A DNA stretch of 64,000 bases from Octopus sinensis (GCF_006345805.1 NC_043006.1:45074001-45138000), one strand, 5' to 3'. Positions 1 to 13,626 are shown, counted from the stretch's first letter. Numbers and translations: made by a program. Notes: generated from the sequence alone by a model not told the origin.

Positions 1-515
1 ATATCCATCATATGTATGCATAGTTGGAATGACGACCATATACTTTTTCTAAAACTCATATACGTGTTTTTCACATTTAACTGCATACCATGAAATTTGC
101 AAAATACATAACCAGAGCGAATTGGAAGAGTTAAGGGCGGTGAACTAATGGAATTGGAAGAGTGTCAGAAGGGATGCCTCTATATTATATTTGTTCTGGT
201 TCTTTGTGTTCTGAGTTCAAATCCCACTGTGTACTACTTGAGTGGCAGATGTAATTTCTTGTTTGGTTAACACACATGTCTGGTCCTTGGGTGACGTTAC
301 CAGTGCCCTCCTTGTAAGAATTCGAGCCAGTTTCCCAGTTTAAGAATATCCTGTTCTCATCAGTCTCAAAGGCTCCATAAAGGGTCATAGACAGCGCCCT
401 TTCACTCCAACTAAGCGATAAAATACCGAATTATTGTAAATAAGATTGCTCAAATCTGTTTTATTTACGTTTCTTTCTCATTCGACAAAATAGATCTTTT
501 GTGATGCAGCCTTAC

Positions 516-591
516 TTGGTAAAACACGTGTAATCGCGATGAGAGATCATCAGAGACTGGGAGGTCTAGTATTTCTAAAGCATATGATACT
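516..591 (-). CDS. Candidate internal coding exon of an unidentified host gene (xVSYALEILDLPVSDDLSSRLHVFYQ)
   Basis: On the minus strand, acceptor ...actgaactccag, 76 nt open (phase 2 to 0), donor CAA|gtaagg. Non-repetitive, protein-like composition. No family recognised. Confidence 0.4.
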
Positions 592-674
592 CTGGAGTTC
601 AGTGTAGATTGCAAATATGGAAAGTGCAGTGTTGTGTATGTTTTGTGATGGTTTTTTTCTCTCCTCTTCCTCAC

Positions 675-760
<86 letters not shown>
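675..760. repeat. (TATC)n microsatellite
   Basis: Direct reading. Confidence 0.98.
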
Positions 761-1602
761 AGTGTGTGTGTGTGGAACATAATCTATGTTAAACCACTTC
801 GTTTATTTATATATCGAAAGTAAATTCGGCAACCTGAACACTGTAACTTGTAAAACACCCCGAGGGGATAGCAAAATTTGCAAAATGAGGTCATCCAAAC
901 GAGGAATTCATGTACAATACAGAACTGATTAGAGATAAATTGGAAAGAAAGAGAAAATGAAAAAGACACACACACACACACACACACACATACACAAAGA
1001 GGAAGAGCGATAAAGAGATAGTGTCTTATGTTTTTAGCATAAACTATGCAAGATATTTGTTGCCTTTGACTTGGTACAGCAACCCTTTACTATTTTCAAA
1101 AAAAATCAGCGAAGGTTTTCTCATTTTTCTTGTTACATAAGAGTACTAAAGAAAATAACAACTTGAATAAAGCAGAATTGCTTTTGTGAGGACGTAGAGA
1201 CGGCTCAGTTGAAGCTTACCAAACTAAGTGAAAAGGAGGCTTCCATAGTTTTCTTCAAGTCGTCCTAAATTTTTCAAGCATGGACAGCTGATTAAAGTTA
1301 ATACGATATGCAAAGACAAAGAGAGGGGTGATCAGTAAATAATAATTATTAATCCCCTGCATAAGGTTTCAAATAGATGAAGAAAGAGAAGTTTCATTGC
1401 ATGTCGTTCAATCTTTGGCAGATTGAATCGAACCTCGTTACCGAGCAGCCGTATCTAAAATAGAGCTGGTGGAAGTTATGTGGCCTTTATAATTTCCAGT
1501 GGACTGTTCATTCAACAGTATAGTCCTTTACTTTCCTTTTATTTTTTCATTCTTCCATTCTTCCATTCATTCATCTTTCCTCAACCATTCCATATTTAAC
1601 GA

Positions 1603-1636
<34 letters not shown>

Positions 1637-1637
1637 G

Positions 1638-1710
<73 letters not shown>

Positions 1711-1750
1711 GTCTGTCTGTCTGTCTGTCTATGTGTGTGTATGTATATTT
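1603..1750. repeat. (TCTA)n/(TCTG)n/(TG)n compound microsatellite
   Basis: Direct reading; source of the spurious YLSI ORFs. Confidence 0.97.
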
Positions 1751-2350
1751 ATGTGTATGTGTGTGCATGCGTCTTTCTGTTTGTGTTTGCCTCCTCACCA
1801 TTTGTCTGATACGTTGGTTTGTTTACGCCCCCATAACTTATATGTCCAGTTTTAGGATTCAATATAATAAATGCTAGACTTTAAAACAAATAAATACTGT
1901 TCTAATAAGCTTTTCAAGGCAGTGCCCCAGTAGGGCCGCAAGACTGTCCAATGAATGGAACAAGTAAACGGTAGAAAGGTAATATGACGCATATCTGTCC
2001 TCCTGCTTTATGTCTCCCTCCAATGTAAACACACATTCGAGGGTTTGAGAACCTACAACTAAACGTGAATAACCATTCTGTTATGACCTATACTCCTTCT
2101 TCCTCTACCCTCTTTTCTCACACATACATTCAACCCAACCGCTTACACTCCACACACACTCTTCCATATATAAATTAACTCTCAAACTAACAAATTTTAC
2201 TACTTGACTCCATTGACAGTGCCTCCATACCATCACGCCACCCCAGAATTCTTTATTTCACAAACAAGTCACGAAATCTTTGTCCTGACCTCTTAAAATG
2301 TTACGCATCAAATAATCTCGTTCTCACAAACAATATCAACAACAGAACAT

Positions 2351-2798
2351 ACATTCATTCATGCATACATGCAGGCATACATACGTATGTACATACATAC
2401 ATATATACATACATACATACATACATACATACATACATACATACATGCACGCATACATACGTACATATATACGTACGTACATAAATACATACATACATAC
2501 ATTCATACATACATAAACACATACATTTATACATACATATTAAATAAATACATACATACATACATACATACATTCATACATACATAAATACAGACATAAA
2601 TACATACACACATGCATACATACATACATACATACATACATGCATACATACATACATACATACATACATACAAACATTCATACATACACACGTACAAACA
2701 TTCATACATAATACGTACAGACATAAATACATAAACACATACATACATACATACATACATACATACATACATACATACATACATACATACATACATAC
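2351..2798. repeat. (CATA)n degenerate microsatellite
   Basis: Direct reading. Confidence 0.97.
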
Positions 2799-3267
2799 CA
2801 GGCACATCCTGTCACTAATTACTCACTGTAGGCAGTTGGTGACGTTTATGTAATAAAACACACAAAAATAAACGAAACAGCCGCGCGACTTAGTTGAAGA
2901 CAGATTTACTTCTATCTTTATAGCACGTAAAGAAAATGGTGTTATGGGAATGTACGCAGTACGTGTACTACAGCAGTCTATTTGTAGCTTAAATACTCAT
3001 ATTGAAAGACAGGGGGCAAATTATGCCTCCTAATCTGCAAAACAAATTAAAATATTTTGCATTTTATGCATAGTAATCAGAGTAACCTTCATAATTTTAT
3101 TGAATTAGGTGCATATCTTGCCATATAAGGAAAATATTGCTATTTAGCTATTTTATTCAAGGTAGGCACTGCCTACCTTTACTACCTAGGCAGCACGTCC
3201 TTGATACATACATACATACATACATACATAAATACATACATACATACATACATACATACATACACAT

Positions 3268-4012
3268 GTACAAGCAGTAAAATATGACAGCCGATGCAGA
3301 CTTTGTGGAGTTAACACCGAAGATATCAACATCATAAACAGTTGTCTGAAAATGTCATCACGGTTTATCTACCGATGAGACATGATGTTGTAGCTAGGAC
3401 ACTCTATAATGAAATCTGTCGGAAGGATAACCCTGAGGACAAAAAAATAAGAACCCACAGTATGGCAGAAGCCTTAGCACCTGATATAATGATTTACGAT
3501 AGAGAAGCGAAACTGTGTACAACTGGAAATTACCTGCCAAGCGGATGCTAACATAAAGCTGAAGATCAGTGTAAAAGAGAATACCTGCGCTGAACAATTG
3601 AGAAATCTGCAGTTACTGTATCCAGATTACAGGTTCAGGTTTATACTCGTAGTTATAGGGGCCCTGGGATATGTAACACACTGCCTAAATACCAATCTTG
3701 AGAAATCAGGCTTATCAAAACTAGAAAGCTAATTCGAAGACTACAAATCCAATCCATCACTGGAACTGTAAAAATCTGTAAAACGTTCCAGAGGTTTATC
3801 ATATAAATATATATATTAGCATGTCTAGATATGAAAGTATATGGATGAGAATATATACATAATGCAAAACATACAAATCTGCACACATACATACATACAA
3901 AAATACCTTGTCGTTGATGTTGAAATTCTAATGAAAGAGCCTTGGAGTCTAGGTTAGAAACCGGCTCTTTCTCTGTTGGCAAGAAATCTAGAAATAAAAC
4001 TGAACAATGACA
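3268..4012 (+). mobile_element. R4/Dong-clade non-LTR retrotransposon 3' fragment (CCHC finger plus restriction-like endonuclease), frameshifted
   Basis: Across frameshifts: CRLCGVNTEDI..IINSC..YLPMRHDVVARTLYNEIC, PDIMIYDREAKLC..EITCQADANIKLKISVKENT, LVVIGALGYV, LQIQSITGTVKICKTFQRFII* (stop 3804-3806). A 3' UTR follows, ending at (CATA)/(TA) repeats. Confidence 0.88.
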
Positions 4013-4017
4013 TAAAT

Positions 4018-4058
4018 ACATATATATGCATGCATATATATATATACATACATACATA

Positions 4059-4100
<42 letters not shown>

Positions 4101-4335
4101 ATAATATATATTATATATGTGTGTGTGTGTATATATATATATATATTATATGCATACGTATATATATATATATATAATATATATATATTATATATATATA
4201 TATATGTATATATATTCATACGTATATATACATATGTATGTGTATATATATATGTTTATATATATATACACATTTATACATATATGCATATATATATGTG
4301 TGTGTGTGTATATATATTTATATATATACATATAT
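4018..4335. repeat. (TA)n/(TG)n compound microsatellite
   Basis: Direct reading. Confidence 0.97.
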
Positions 4336-4436
4336 GCACGCCTCACCATCTTGTCTCTCCAGTTACCATACTCCATACCCGCCCACTGACCGGCAAATTA
4401 AACGACTTATCTAACTTTATTTCTTAATGACAAAAA

Positions 4437-4491
<55 letters not shown>

Positions 4492-4979
4492 CACACACAC
4501 CCACCCAACACAGCACACACAGAATCAAATCGTAAACAGGCTCAACATCTCATACAAAACACCACCCATTTGAGATAAATACAAGAGCGATTTTTCTCAG
4601 CTCGAGGAATATCACACAGCTTGAAACTAGTCGAAAGAAGACACTAAAATTACCAATACAAATATGCAAACACACACACACACACGCCACACGCACACGC
4701 AAACACACATAAACACACACACATACATATCATCTATCTATCTACCTCTCTTTTTTTCTCTCTCTCTCTTTATATATATATATGTGTGTATATATACTCA
4801 AAATAAGCAACAAGTATATCCAAAGGTAATGCAGTACGATCGTTTCGTACTGCATTACCCCTGTTGCTTATTTTGATTATAATCACCTTATTTAAAATTA
4901 TATGGATAATACCATACTAAATTCTGGTGACTTCAACTTAAGTACCATATTCATCTGTATATATATATATATATATTCT

Positions 4980-5137
4980 TGTTTCAGTGCTGGAGCACTG
5001 TCTTTGTAAGCCCAGTACTTATTCTATCGGTCTCTTTGACGAACCGCTAATTTACGGGGACGTAAACACACCAGCATCGGTTGCCAAGTGATGTTGGGGG
5101 GGAGGCAAACACAGACACACAAACTCGCATACAAACG

Positions 5138-5190
<53 letters not shown>

Positions 5191-5270
5191 GGTGCCACGC
5201 AGTGGTACTGAACTCGGAACCATGTTGTTGGTAAGCAAGCTACTTACCACACAGCCATGCCTGCGCCTAG
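4980..5270 (-). mobile_element. tRNA-derived SINE with internal (CA)/(TA) expansion
   Basis: Minus-strand head ggcgcaggcatggctgtgtggtaag...ccgagttcagtaccactgcgtggcacc with A/B-box-like motifs. Related copies near 14540-14690, 29050-29500, 38825-38960 and 61180-61580. Confidence 0.8.
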
Positions 5271-5458
5271 TAGATGTTTGTTTATAATATAATAAAAACA
5301 GTTAGTCCGTCCCTTTGTAGAATATAAATTTATTATCTTTTACAAGAATCGTATTAATAGCGATTGATAGTGACTTCGAAGTTTCGAAATCACTACCAAC
5401 ACTATTCTTGTAAAAGAATAAATTTGCATACACTCACACACAAACACACACATACACA

Positions 5459-5508
<50 letters not shown>

Positions 5509-5554
5509 ACAAGCTTGGAAGTCAGCTTATATTATTAAATAGTAGTTTCAACAC

Positions 5555-5750
5555 GTAACACTGGTTGGGTGGTCTGTGCTCGGCAGCTTTGGAAAGCAGC
5601 CAGAGAAGGAGAGCGGGCAATACCGAGCATAAACTCTCACTGCCTGTCAGCATCAGCGAAGATACGAAAGCATAAGGCGTCAACTCCGATAGTTAAAAGC
5701 AGCTCGTAAGAGGACATGAACCCCACCAACCCTACATATCCCGAGTAGAC
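5555..5750 (+). mobile_element. Probable RTE-type LINE 5' UTR remnant
   Basis: aagcagccagagaaggagag...aaactc resembles the conserved RTE 5' UTR motif as recalled; no ORF follows. Confidence 0.35.
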
Positions 5751-5815
<65 letters not shown>

Positions 5816-5819
5816 ACAC

Positions 5820-6340
5820 TTTCTTTGTTGTTAAGTGTGGGGAGGAGAATATAATTTTGGGGGTGCTTGTATATTTACGAAACGTTTCCACTCTTTTGAT
5901 TTTAGTTCCATTTTCTTTGGGCCATTTTTATTTGATTTAAACCTTGCTTGATCTTGGCGTGATGGGTTCTGTAGTATTTTCATTGTGTTTTGAAGATTCA
6001 TTTACTGTATGGTTGTCTTGGTTTTGTTGCTTTCTTTCATGTGTGGATGCCTTGTGTTTAGTGTGTTCTACCATAATCCATTCATTAGTTTGTAGTAGGT
6101 TGATCTTTTGTATATGTAGTCCATTACTTTGTTTCATATTCAGTTTTTCGATGTTTTTGTTTAATATAAATCTCCGTGTCCGCGGTGATATTTCCCGTAC
6201 TTTCATACGCCCTTCCCAAGTCAGTGGAGCGGATAGCATGCCATATATTGGCGAGGCCGTCCTCTTCAATGCAACATGGAAACCCTTCCATGTGGTTGTT
6301 ATATTTTCTTTTTATCATTCCTGTACTGTTTGTTTTTTGC
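5820..6340 (-). pseudogene. Degraded 3' half of an ORF1-like (zinc-knuckle) retroelement without ORF2
   Basis: With frameshifts reads GRPRQ(Y)MACY-RST(D)LGRA(Y), a decayed GRP-CX2CX4HX4C knuckle. A hydrophilic tail, stop and short UTR ending aacaaagaaa follow, against (GT)n. Confidence 0.4.
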
Positions 6341-6649
6341 GCAATTGGCTTCAGAAGACTTTGTCGGCATTTAGAGATAATGTTGTACTCATGGTATGGA
6401 ACCCCACAGAAATTGGCGTGATTCTCATAGTACGGAAGAAATATATGGTAGCAGATGCATGCATTAACAAGGACAATACGTCGTACTCACTTCAGTCTTT
6501 GCAATCGAATTGGCATCAAAACTCCAGATGAATAGGAACTGAAATGAGGTTAGGATTGGCTAGTCATGAACCCAAACATGGAACGAGAAGATATTATACT
6601 TAAAAGGCTATGGAGAGATTTACATAGCGGATGCACAGATCACCAAATG

Positions 6650-7000
6650 TCGTTCTGAGTTCAAATTCCGCCGAGGTCGACTTTGCCTTTCATCCTTTCG
6701 GGGTCGATTAAATAAGTACCAGTTACGCATTGGGGTCAATATAATCGACTTATTTCATGTCTGTCTTTGTTTGTCCCCTTTGTGTTTAGCCCCTTGTGGG
6801 TAGTAAAGAAATAGGTATCTCGTCTGCCATTGCGTTCTGAGTTCAAATTCCGCCGAGGTCGACTTTACCTTTCATCCTTTCGGGGTCGATTAAATAAGTA
6901 CCAGTTACGCACTGGGGTCAATATAATCGACTTAATCCATGTGTCTGTCCTTGTTGGTCCCCTTTGTGTTTAGCCCCTTGTGGGTAGTAAAGAAATAGAT
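6650..7000 (+). mobile_element. Tandem dimer of the ~182-bp SINE body
   Basis: ttctgagttcaaattccgccgaggtcgac at 6653 and 6835; each unit ends ccccttgtgggtagtaaagaaata. Confidence 0.92.
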
Positions 7001-7378
7001 ATTTATTACCACCTGACAGTTGTGCTTTGCCCCGGTTTTCATCTAATTAATCTTCAGGCGTTGCTCATTAGCTAGTTCTTGGAGGGGTGTATTCCACTAG
7101 CCAGAAGATCTACTTGCTACCAACGCCGCCTGTTAGAGGACTGAGGAGATGGTTCGATAAGCCATATCAGATGATGTGCAGCATGCATCGAAACGGCGGG
7201 ATCTACAGAGATTTCGGATATTCTGATATTTAGACAGCAAGATGAATCAGCGATTGCAAAGCACGTTTCCCGAAGCATGTGGTTTGAAAAAAAAATAAAG
7301 CTTGTTAAGCAAAGCAAAAGTTGGACCGATGAAATAGACATAATATATATATATAAACATTTATATATATATATAAAC

Positions 7379-7424
<46 letters not shown>

Positions 7425-7673
7425 AACATTTATACAAATACATAAAGTATTTATATAAATTCTTCTTCGGAGTCTATTTATTTGCCTTTTGACTGTCAGT
7501 TCAAGTCGATTTTCTACATGATCTTTCACCTCTTCTCTTTAATATGGCCGAAAGAAACTAAGAGTAAATGATATAAAAGAGAACTGCGTTATAAGTCTTT
7601 AATCTTCTAAACTGATCCAAACACACCAGTCTTAACTGACTCTAAAAGTTTGTTTTGGATTTTTATTATTTTC

Positions 7674-7706
<33 letters not shown>

Positions 7707-7810
7707 ATACACATATATATCAATGTGTGTATGTGTGTGTATGCGTGTGTACGTATAAGCATATATGTATATATATGTGTATATATGTGTGTGAGTATAT
7801 ATATTTTTAA

Positions 7811-7847
<37 letters not shown>

Positions 7848-7861
7848 CATACACACATACA

Positions 7862-8147
7862 AATATACCTACCTATTTATATATATATGATTAAATTGTA
7901 CGCGTATAAAAATTTACACGCATGTTATAGGTATTTTCTACGCAAATTATTTATTTATATCATTATTTACACACACACACACACACCACACACATATATA
8001 TATACATACACACATACAATATACCTACCTATTTATATATATATGATTAAATTGTACGCGTATAAAAATTTACACGCATGTTATAGGTATTTTCTACGCA
8101 AATTATTTATTTATATCATTATTTACACACACACACACACACACACA
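7862..8147. repeat. Tandem duplication, ~156-bp period, two near-identical copies
   Basis: aatatacctacc...tcattatttacacacac begins at 7862 and 8018. Confidence 0.9.
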
Positions 8148-8216
8148 TATATATTTATATATAAACATACATATGCATTCACACACGTATGACATTTCTA
8201 TGGTTGCATCACACAG

Positions 8217-8261
<45 letters not shown>

Positions 8262-9030
8262 TATTAGAGACACCACCTCCTCGCATCATCTTCTTGGTCT
8301 GATAATTCCTTGCTGTCTTCTGCATCCTAGGACGATTAGATTCAGGCTTTTTTTTTTCCCCTTCTTCTTTTGCCCTCCTTCCCCCCCAAGTATGAATACA
8401 GACCATGTGAATTTTGGGGGGTTTTCATTTACCCTTATTTAAAAGCTGTGGACATCTATATTCTTCTTTTTCTTTCTTCCCTACCTACCTTACTTTAAAA
8501 ACTGGATTTTTACAAGCACTGGAAACACATTTCTCTTCATTAATTTCACACTTTATATATTGATCGTTGTTTTATTATTATTATTATTTCTTTTGGAATC
8601 TTTCACCTCAAGGTTGGCTGCTCTACAAGGCCCCCGAAATTCCTCCACAACACTTCTTTTTTACATACACACATACTACACAAAAAACAAGCCACAGAAC
8701 ATCTCTCCATAGCTTTTTTCTGCGATATATATATATATACTCCAAACCAAACCACAATTGCATATAATAATAATATTTTTGCCCCCCACCTTCATCAGCG
8801 ATCCTTGAAATTCACAAAACGGACAAGAAATCCTTTTAGCGAAGTCCTGCCTCTGATTGCTGAATTTGTGAATTTGATTCTGGAATTCCTCAACCGAACC
8901 CCCCCAAAATGAAGTTTATTCGATGTAATAAAGATCAATGGAACGACACCACCATGTGTACAGTTGCATGACTGTGTCTGCATCAGTAAAAGAGTCTGCT
9001 GCAAGAGAAATATATGTATGCATAGATATT

Positions 9031-9071
<41 letters not shown>

Positions 9072-9957
9072 TCTATATATATATACACAAACATAAATGT
9101 GTCCCATGAGCTTTTCAATCTTTCCAATATACGTTATATTTAAATGGTGTCTTAACATTCAGAAAGTCTCTCCGTATATATGCACATATGTAATATGTGC
9201 ATGTGTGTCTGTGCGTACGGATGCATATATAGATGCTTACTTCTGTATACATACATAAGTACATGAATATACATACAAATGCATTCACGCACTCACACAT
9301 ATACACGCACAAACACGCACATGTATAAGTATATATATATGTTTGTTTATGTATATTTATGTATATATATATATATATATATATAATACATATATAATAC
9401 ATATATATGTATATAAATAATACACACATACAAACACGCACACATATATATATGCATGTGTGTGTATGGATGTTCTTACATGTGTACATGCATATATACA
9501 TGCACACATACACGCATACATGTAAGGAAAGAGAAGGCTGGTTAATTTCACCTAGGATATAGCCAATTATCTTTGCAGACAAGACATAGATCCGTACTGT
9601 GCTGACATAATTATTTACGATTTCTTTGATTTCAGTACCATCGTCCCTGATCGTCGGCCACCCCGACTCACTCTTATGGGTATCTCCAGATATAAACGAA
9701 CACATGTTAAGACACAGCCAGCGTATATGTACATATATTAGTACAATGATATACGCATTAACAATTCATTTGGTGTTTACTGGAGTGTTATGAAAGACAT
9801 TGGTAAGGTAGACCTACAGTGTGTTCTATATGTGCTGACGTATAAAATATTGGTAGCTTATTTCAACATCTGCAAACGAATTAGTTTTTGTCTCCCCTCA
9901 TCCCCATCTTCTTCATCTTTCTGTTTGTCTACGTACTCACGTGCATGTCTGTGCTAG

Positions 9958-9992
<35 letters not shown>

Positions 9993-10062
9993 TATTATAT
10001 ATATATATATATAATACATATATAATACATATATATGTATATATATATATATGTATATGAAT

Positions 10063-10098
<36 letters not shown>

Positions 10099-10160
10099 AT
10101 ATATATTATATATATATATGTATATATATACATATATATATATATGTATGTATGTATATG

Positions 10161-10239
<79 letters not shown>

Positions 10240-10589
10240 GTATGTATGTAATTATGTATGTATATGGACGTCTACGTGCTCATTTGAGTACATTTAAGTT
10301 TCCAGACAAAAGGAGAGATATATGCTAAATACAGAATTAGTATATATATATATATATATATAATATATATATATATAGATATATATATGTATGTATATAT
10401 ATATATATGTATGTATGTATATATATGTATGTACGTATGTATGTATATGTATATATATTGTTGCTATATTGAGTTTACTCCCTGTTTACAACTCTGACGC
10501 GTTAAGGAGTCAACCAATTCCATACCGTTATATGCATACATATATACATATATACATACACACACACACACACGCACACATATGTTTAT

Positions 10590-10633
<44 letters not shown>

Positions 10634-11274
10634 GGAGGAGGGAGGGAGTAAACGAGAGAGAAAAGAAAGGAGAGGGAAAGACAGACATGGATGGATAGAT
10701 GGATGGATGGACGGACGAACGGATGGCTGACAATATATATAAAACTATAAATAGAACGGTAGATGCAATATTAAAGTGTAATCCTTAATACTTTTTTTTC
10801 CTTCTTAGAGGACAATATATGAAAATACATAACGGGCATATATAATAATAATAAATGAAGACTTCAAAAAAGACCATCACTTAAGCTTTCTTAAGTGTTT
10901 CCCTTGTGGGATCAATTATACAAACGTTTACTTGTAATTTCTATGGTTATCCATTTCCACACGATTTAAAAGGCGTAATATGAAAAGAAACGTTTAGTGT
11001 AATTGAGCCGTCATTGAAGATAACCTAAAGATAAACAAGCCAGTATGTAGTAATAAAATAGGAAGAGTGGATGTGGTGTGTTTTTCTTTTTCTTACTCTT
11101 CTTCTTATTTTTTTTTGAGAACGACGAGCGACATTTAAATATTTATAAACACACTACCAAATGTATATCAATATTGATATATAAATCAGACCTTTTTTTG
11201 TTTTTATGAATTAGGTCTGTAGATTACAAAACGATTAGAGTTTTGGATAAATTCTTAGTATTGTTTAATTACGT

Positions 11275-12220
11275 AAGGTGGTGAGCTTGCAGAACCATCA
11301 GCACATCAGACATTTCGTCCGTCTTTACGGCATTTCGTCCGTCTTTACGGCATTTCGTCCGTCTTTACGGCATTTCGTCCGTCTTTACGTTCTAGGTTCA
11401 AATTCTGCTGAGGTCGACTTTGCCTTTCATGCTTTTGGGATCGATGAAATAAGTACCAATCAAGTACTGGGAGTCGATGTAATCGACTTCCTCCTCTTTT
11501 CAAAAACTGATGGCCTCATGTCAAAATTTGAAACTATCATTTAGTTATGTAAGGGCGACGGACTGGAAGAGTTATTGCAGAGTCGGACAAACTGCATTGA
11601 CGGTATTTCTTCCAAATCTTTACGTTTTGAGCTTAAATAACGCCGAGTCGAATTTTGTCTTTCTTCCTCCCGAGGTCGATGACATAAAATATCATTCATG
11701 TATTAAGGTCGATATAACCGACAAACCCTTCTGCTACCGAATGGCTGGCCTTGTGCCTAAATTAGATTAAAATGTAACTAAATACGTTGTTAGATTAAAT
11801 AATAATAAAGTTATCTTTTTTAGTTACGTAAGAATGGTAGATTGACAAAATGCGTTGTGATACTTCTTCCGGTTCTGTGTTCAAATCCTACAGCGGTCAG
11901 CTTTGCTTTCATCATTCTGGGTTCGATAGAAACACTTTTATTCTCGTAGTGGATTCGATATAATCCACACCGTTCCCTCAAATGCCTGGCTTTGTGCTTC
12001 TGTTAGAAACAATTAAGGAGTGCGAACTGAAAGAGTCGTTAAATTTTTTGCATCATTTCTAACCGTTTTCTATGTTTTCAGTTCAAATTCCGTTGAAGTC
12101 GAATTTACCTTTTATCCCTCTAGGGTCGACGAGCATATTACCAATCAAAATCAAATTCTGAAGGCGATTTAATCAATTAAGTCCCTTGCTGTAGATCTTT
12201 GTGCTTTTCTCTCCATTAAA
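11275..12220 (+). mobile_element. Cluster of four diverged tRNA-derived SINEs (Nin/Deu-like central domain)
   Basis: Repeated head (ggtgagctggcagaa..gttcaaatt) plus gaggtcgactttgcctttcat...gtcgat...aagtacc core and ggccttgtgcc tail. Confidence 0.85.
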
Positions 12221-13453
12221 AACGATTATTTGGTCCCTATATTCTACGTTTAAATTCTGCAAGATTTTCTTATTTCCTCCTCTCCATAGTACCATAAAAA
12301 GCATATATTTCGTAAAGGTTGTCGTAGTTTGAGTCGGTTGTTGATCGATGTATTAGGATGCAGTGAATAGGTATATTTCCATGAAATGTGCAGTCCATAT
12401 CTTGTTGAATACTAGATTATCAGACACCATTTTAGAATGTTTCTGGTTTCCTATTCACAGAGGATATGACAATAAGTGCAGAAACTACGTACAGATTAAG
12501 GCTGCGTGCAGAAAAAAAGTAATATAAAATGATATTATTTGTACAGGAATAGGTGCATATAGAGGGGGTGGTTAATAAACATAAATAGAAAGAGACGGAA
12601 AAAGAGTGGGAGAGAGAATTGGACTTAAACTAGAAAGAATTTTATAGACTAAATTTTGAAAAATTGGGATTATAAGAAACAAGTAGGCAGCTTTGTAAGA
12701 AGATTCTTTTGCTTTGTCTTTGAATGACAGTAATCCATTTTTATATGTTGTAGAAGCGAAGGTTCAAATAGATATGATTCTCACGAAACTATACGGACGG
12801 CCAGTCAAATGAGAGGGAAATTTGTAATTTCAGTTGTGTTATAGTCACATTTATGACAGCTAGATGTTGGCCCGTATATCTCCAAACTCCTTCCATCTCG
12901 GTTGCTTATTCGGTTGTGATGATATTGTTACTATCGTAGTTTTTCTGGAGAAACAGGTTCAGTGTACTTCAACATCTGAGCGGTTTTAATATTTGTACCA
13001 AACTTAAGGCGGTGAGCTGGCAGAAACGAAAGGCATTGTCGAACTTGGTGGAATTTGAACTCGGATAGTATAGACGGACGAAATTCATTTTGCCTGTCGT
13101 CCTAACGATTCTACCAGCTCGCCGCCTTTACCATCTCAAGGATATTACCATTTATACTGTACACCAATGTCTGTCCGGTTGTTTTAACTTGGTGACTGTT
13201 TTAAATTCTTAAGTTCCACCTTTATTCTTTTGGCTCATCAGTCTAAATGTAATCAACTTTTTAAATAATTTTCTTTTTCTGATTCTGTTCCAGACTGTTC
13301 CATGTCTCATGGAAAGATTCCAGACTGTTCCATGTCTCATGTCTCTAGAAAAACATTCTCACACAGTTGGCAATAATGTCTTTGGTGTCTTCAGATTTAG
13401 TTTTGCCAACCTACATTTGATGCTTTATGTTGCATGCAGTTTTGGGGGATCTC

Positions 13454-13626
13454 TTATTCTGAAATTGCATAGAGGTAGCCTGCAAAGTGAGGTGTCATAA
13501 ACCCGTCGGTATTCCATGCCGCGGCGCTTTTGACATGTTTTGTTCCCTCTATGGTTTGTGCCTTCTGTGCCAAGTAGCCACGAACCACTTTCTCAATGAA
13601 CCGGTTCATGTTTTTTCTATTTTGTT
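13454..13626 (-). CDS. Candidate terminal coding exon (xQNRKNMNRFIEKVVRGYLAQKAQTIEGTKHVKSAAAWNTDGFMTPHFAGYLYAISE*)
   Basis: Acceptor ttgtatcattcag, open frame to TAA, GC/CpG above background, AATAAA about 230 nt downstream (near 13221-13226). No family recognised. Confidence 0.45.

Noticed and set aside
185-388. ORF with a faint C-type-lectin look (NWETG...DMCV...RNYIC)
   Set aside because: It lacks the WND/WIGL motifs and runs into a SINE B-box (gggatttgaactcagaac); more likely repeat-derived.
6650-7000. Tandem 182-184-bp units as retrozymes
   Set aside because: No hammerhead core (CUGANGA...GAAA with stems) was found by eye on either strand of the unit.
7160-7205. cagatga...catcgaaac hammerhead look-alike
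   Set aside because: The core is mutated, and there is no stem I or valid stem III/NUH geometry.
9560-9705. GC-rich island: minus frame has SESGWPT (GH17-like), plus frame has QDIDPYCADIIIYDF (GH18-like)
   Set aside because: Each is a single short motif on opposite strands with no supporting neighbouring motifs or consistent splice structure. Left unassigned, though a BLASTx is cheap.
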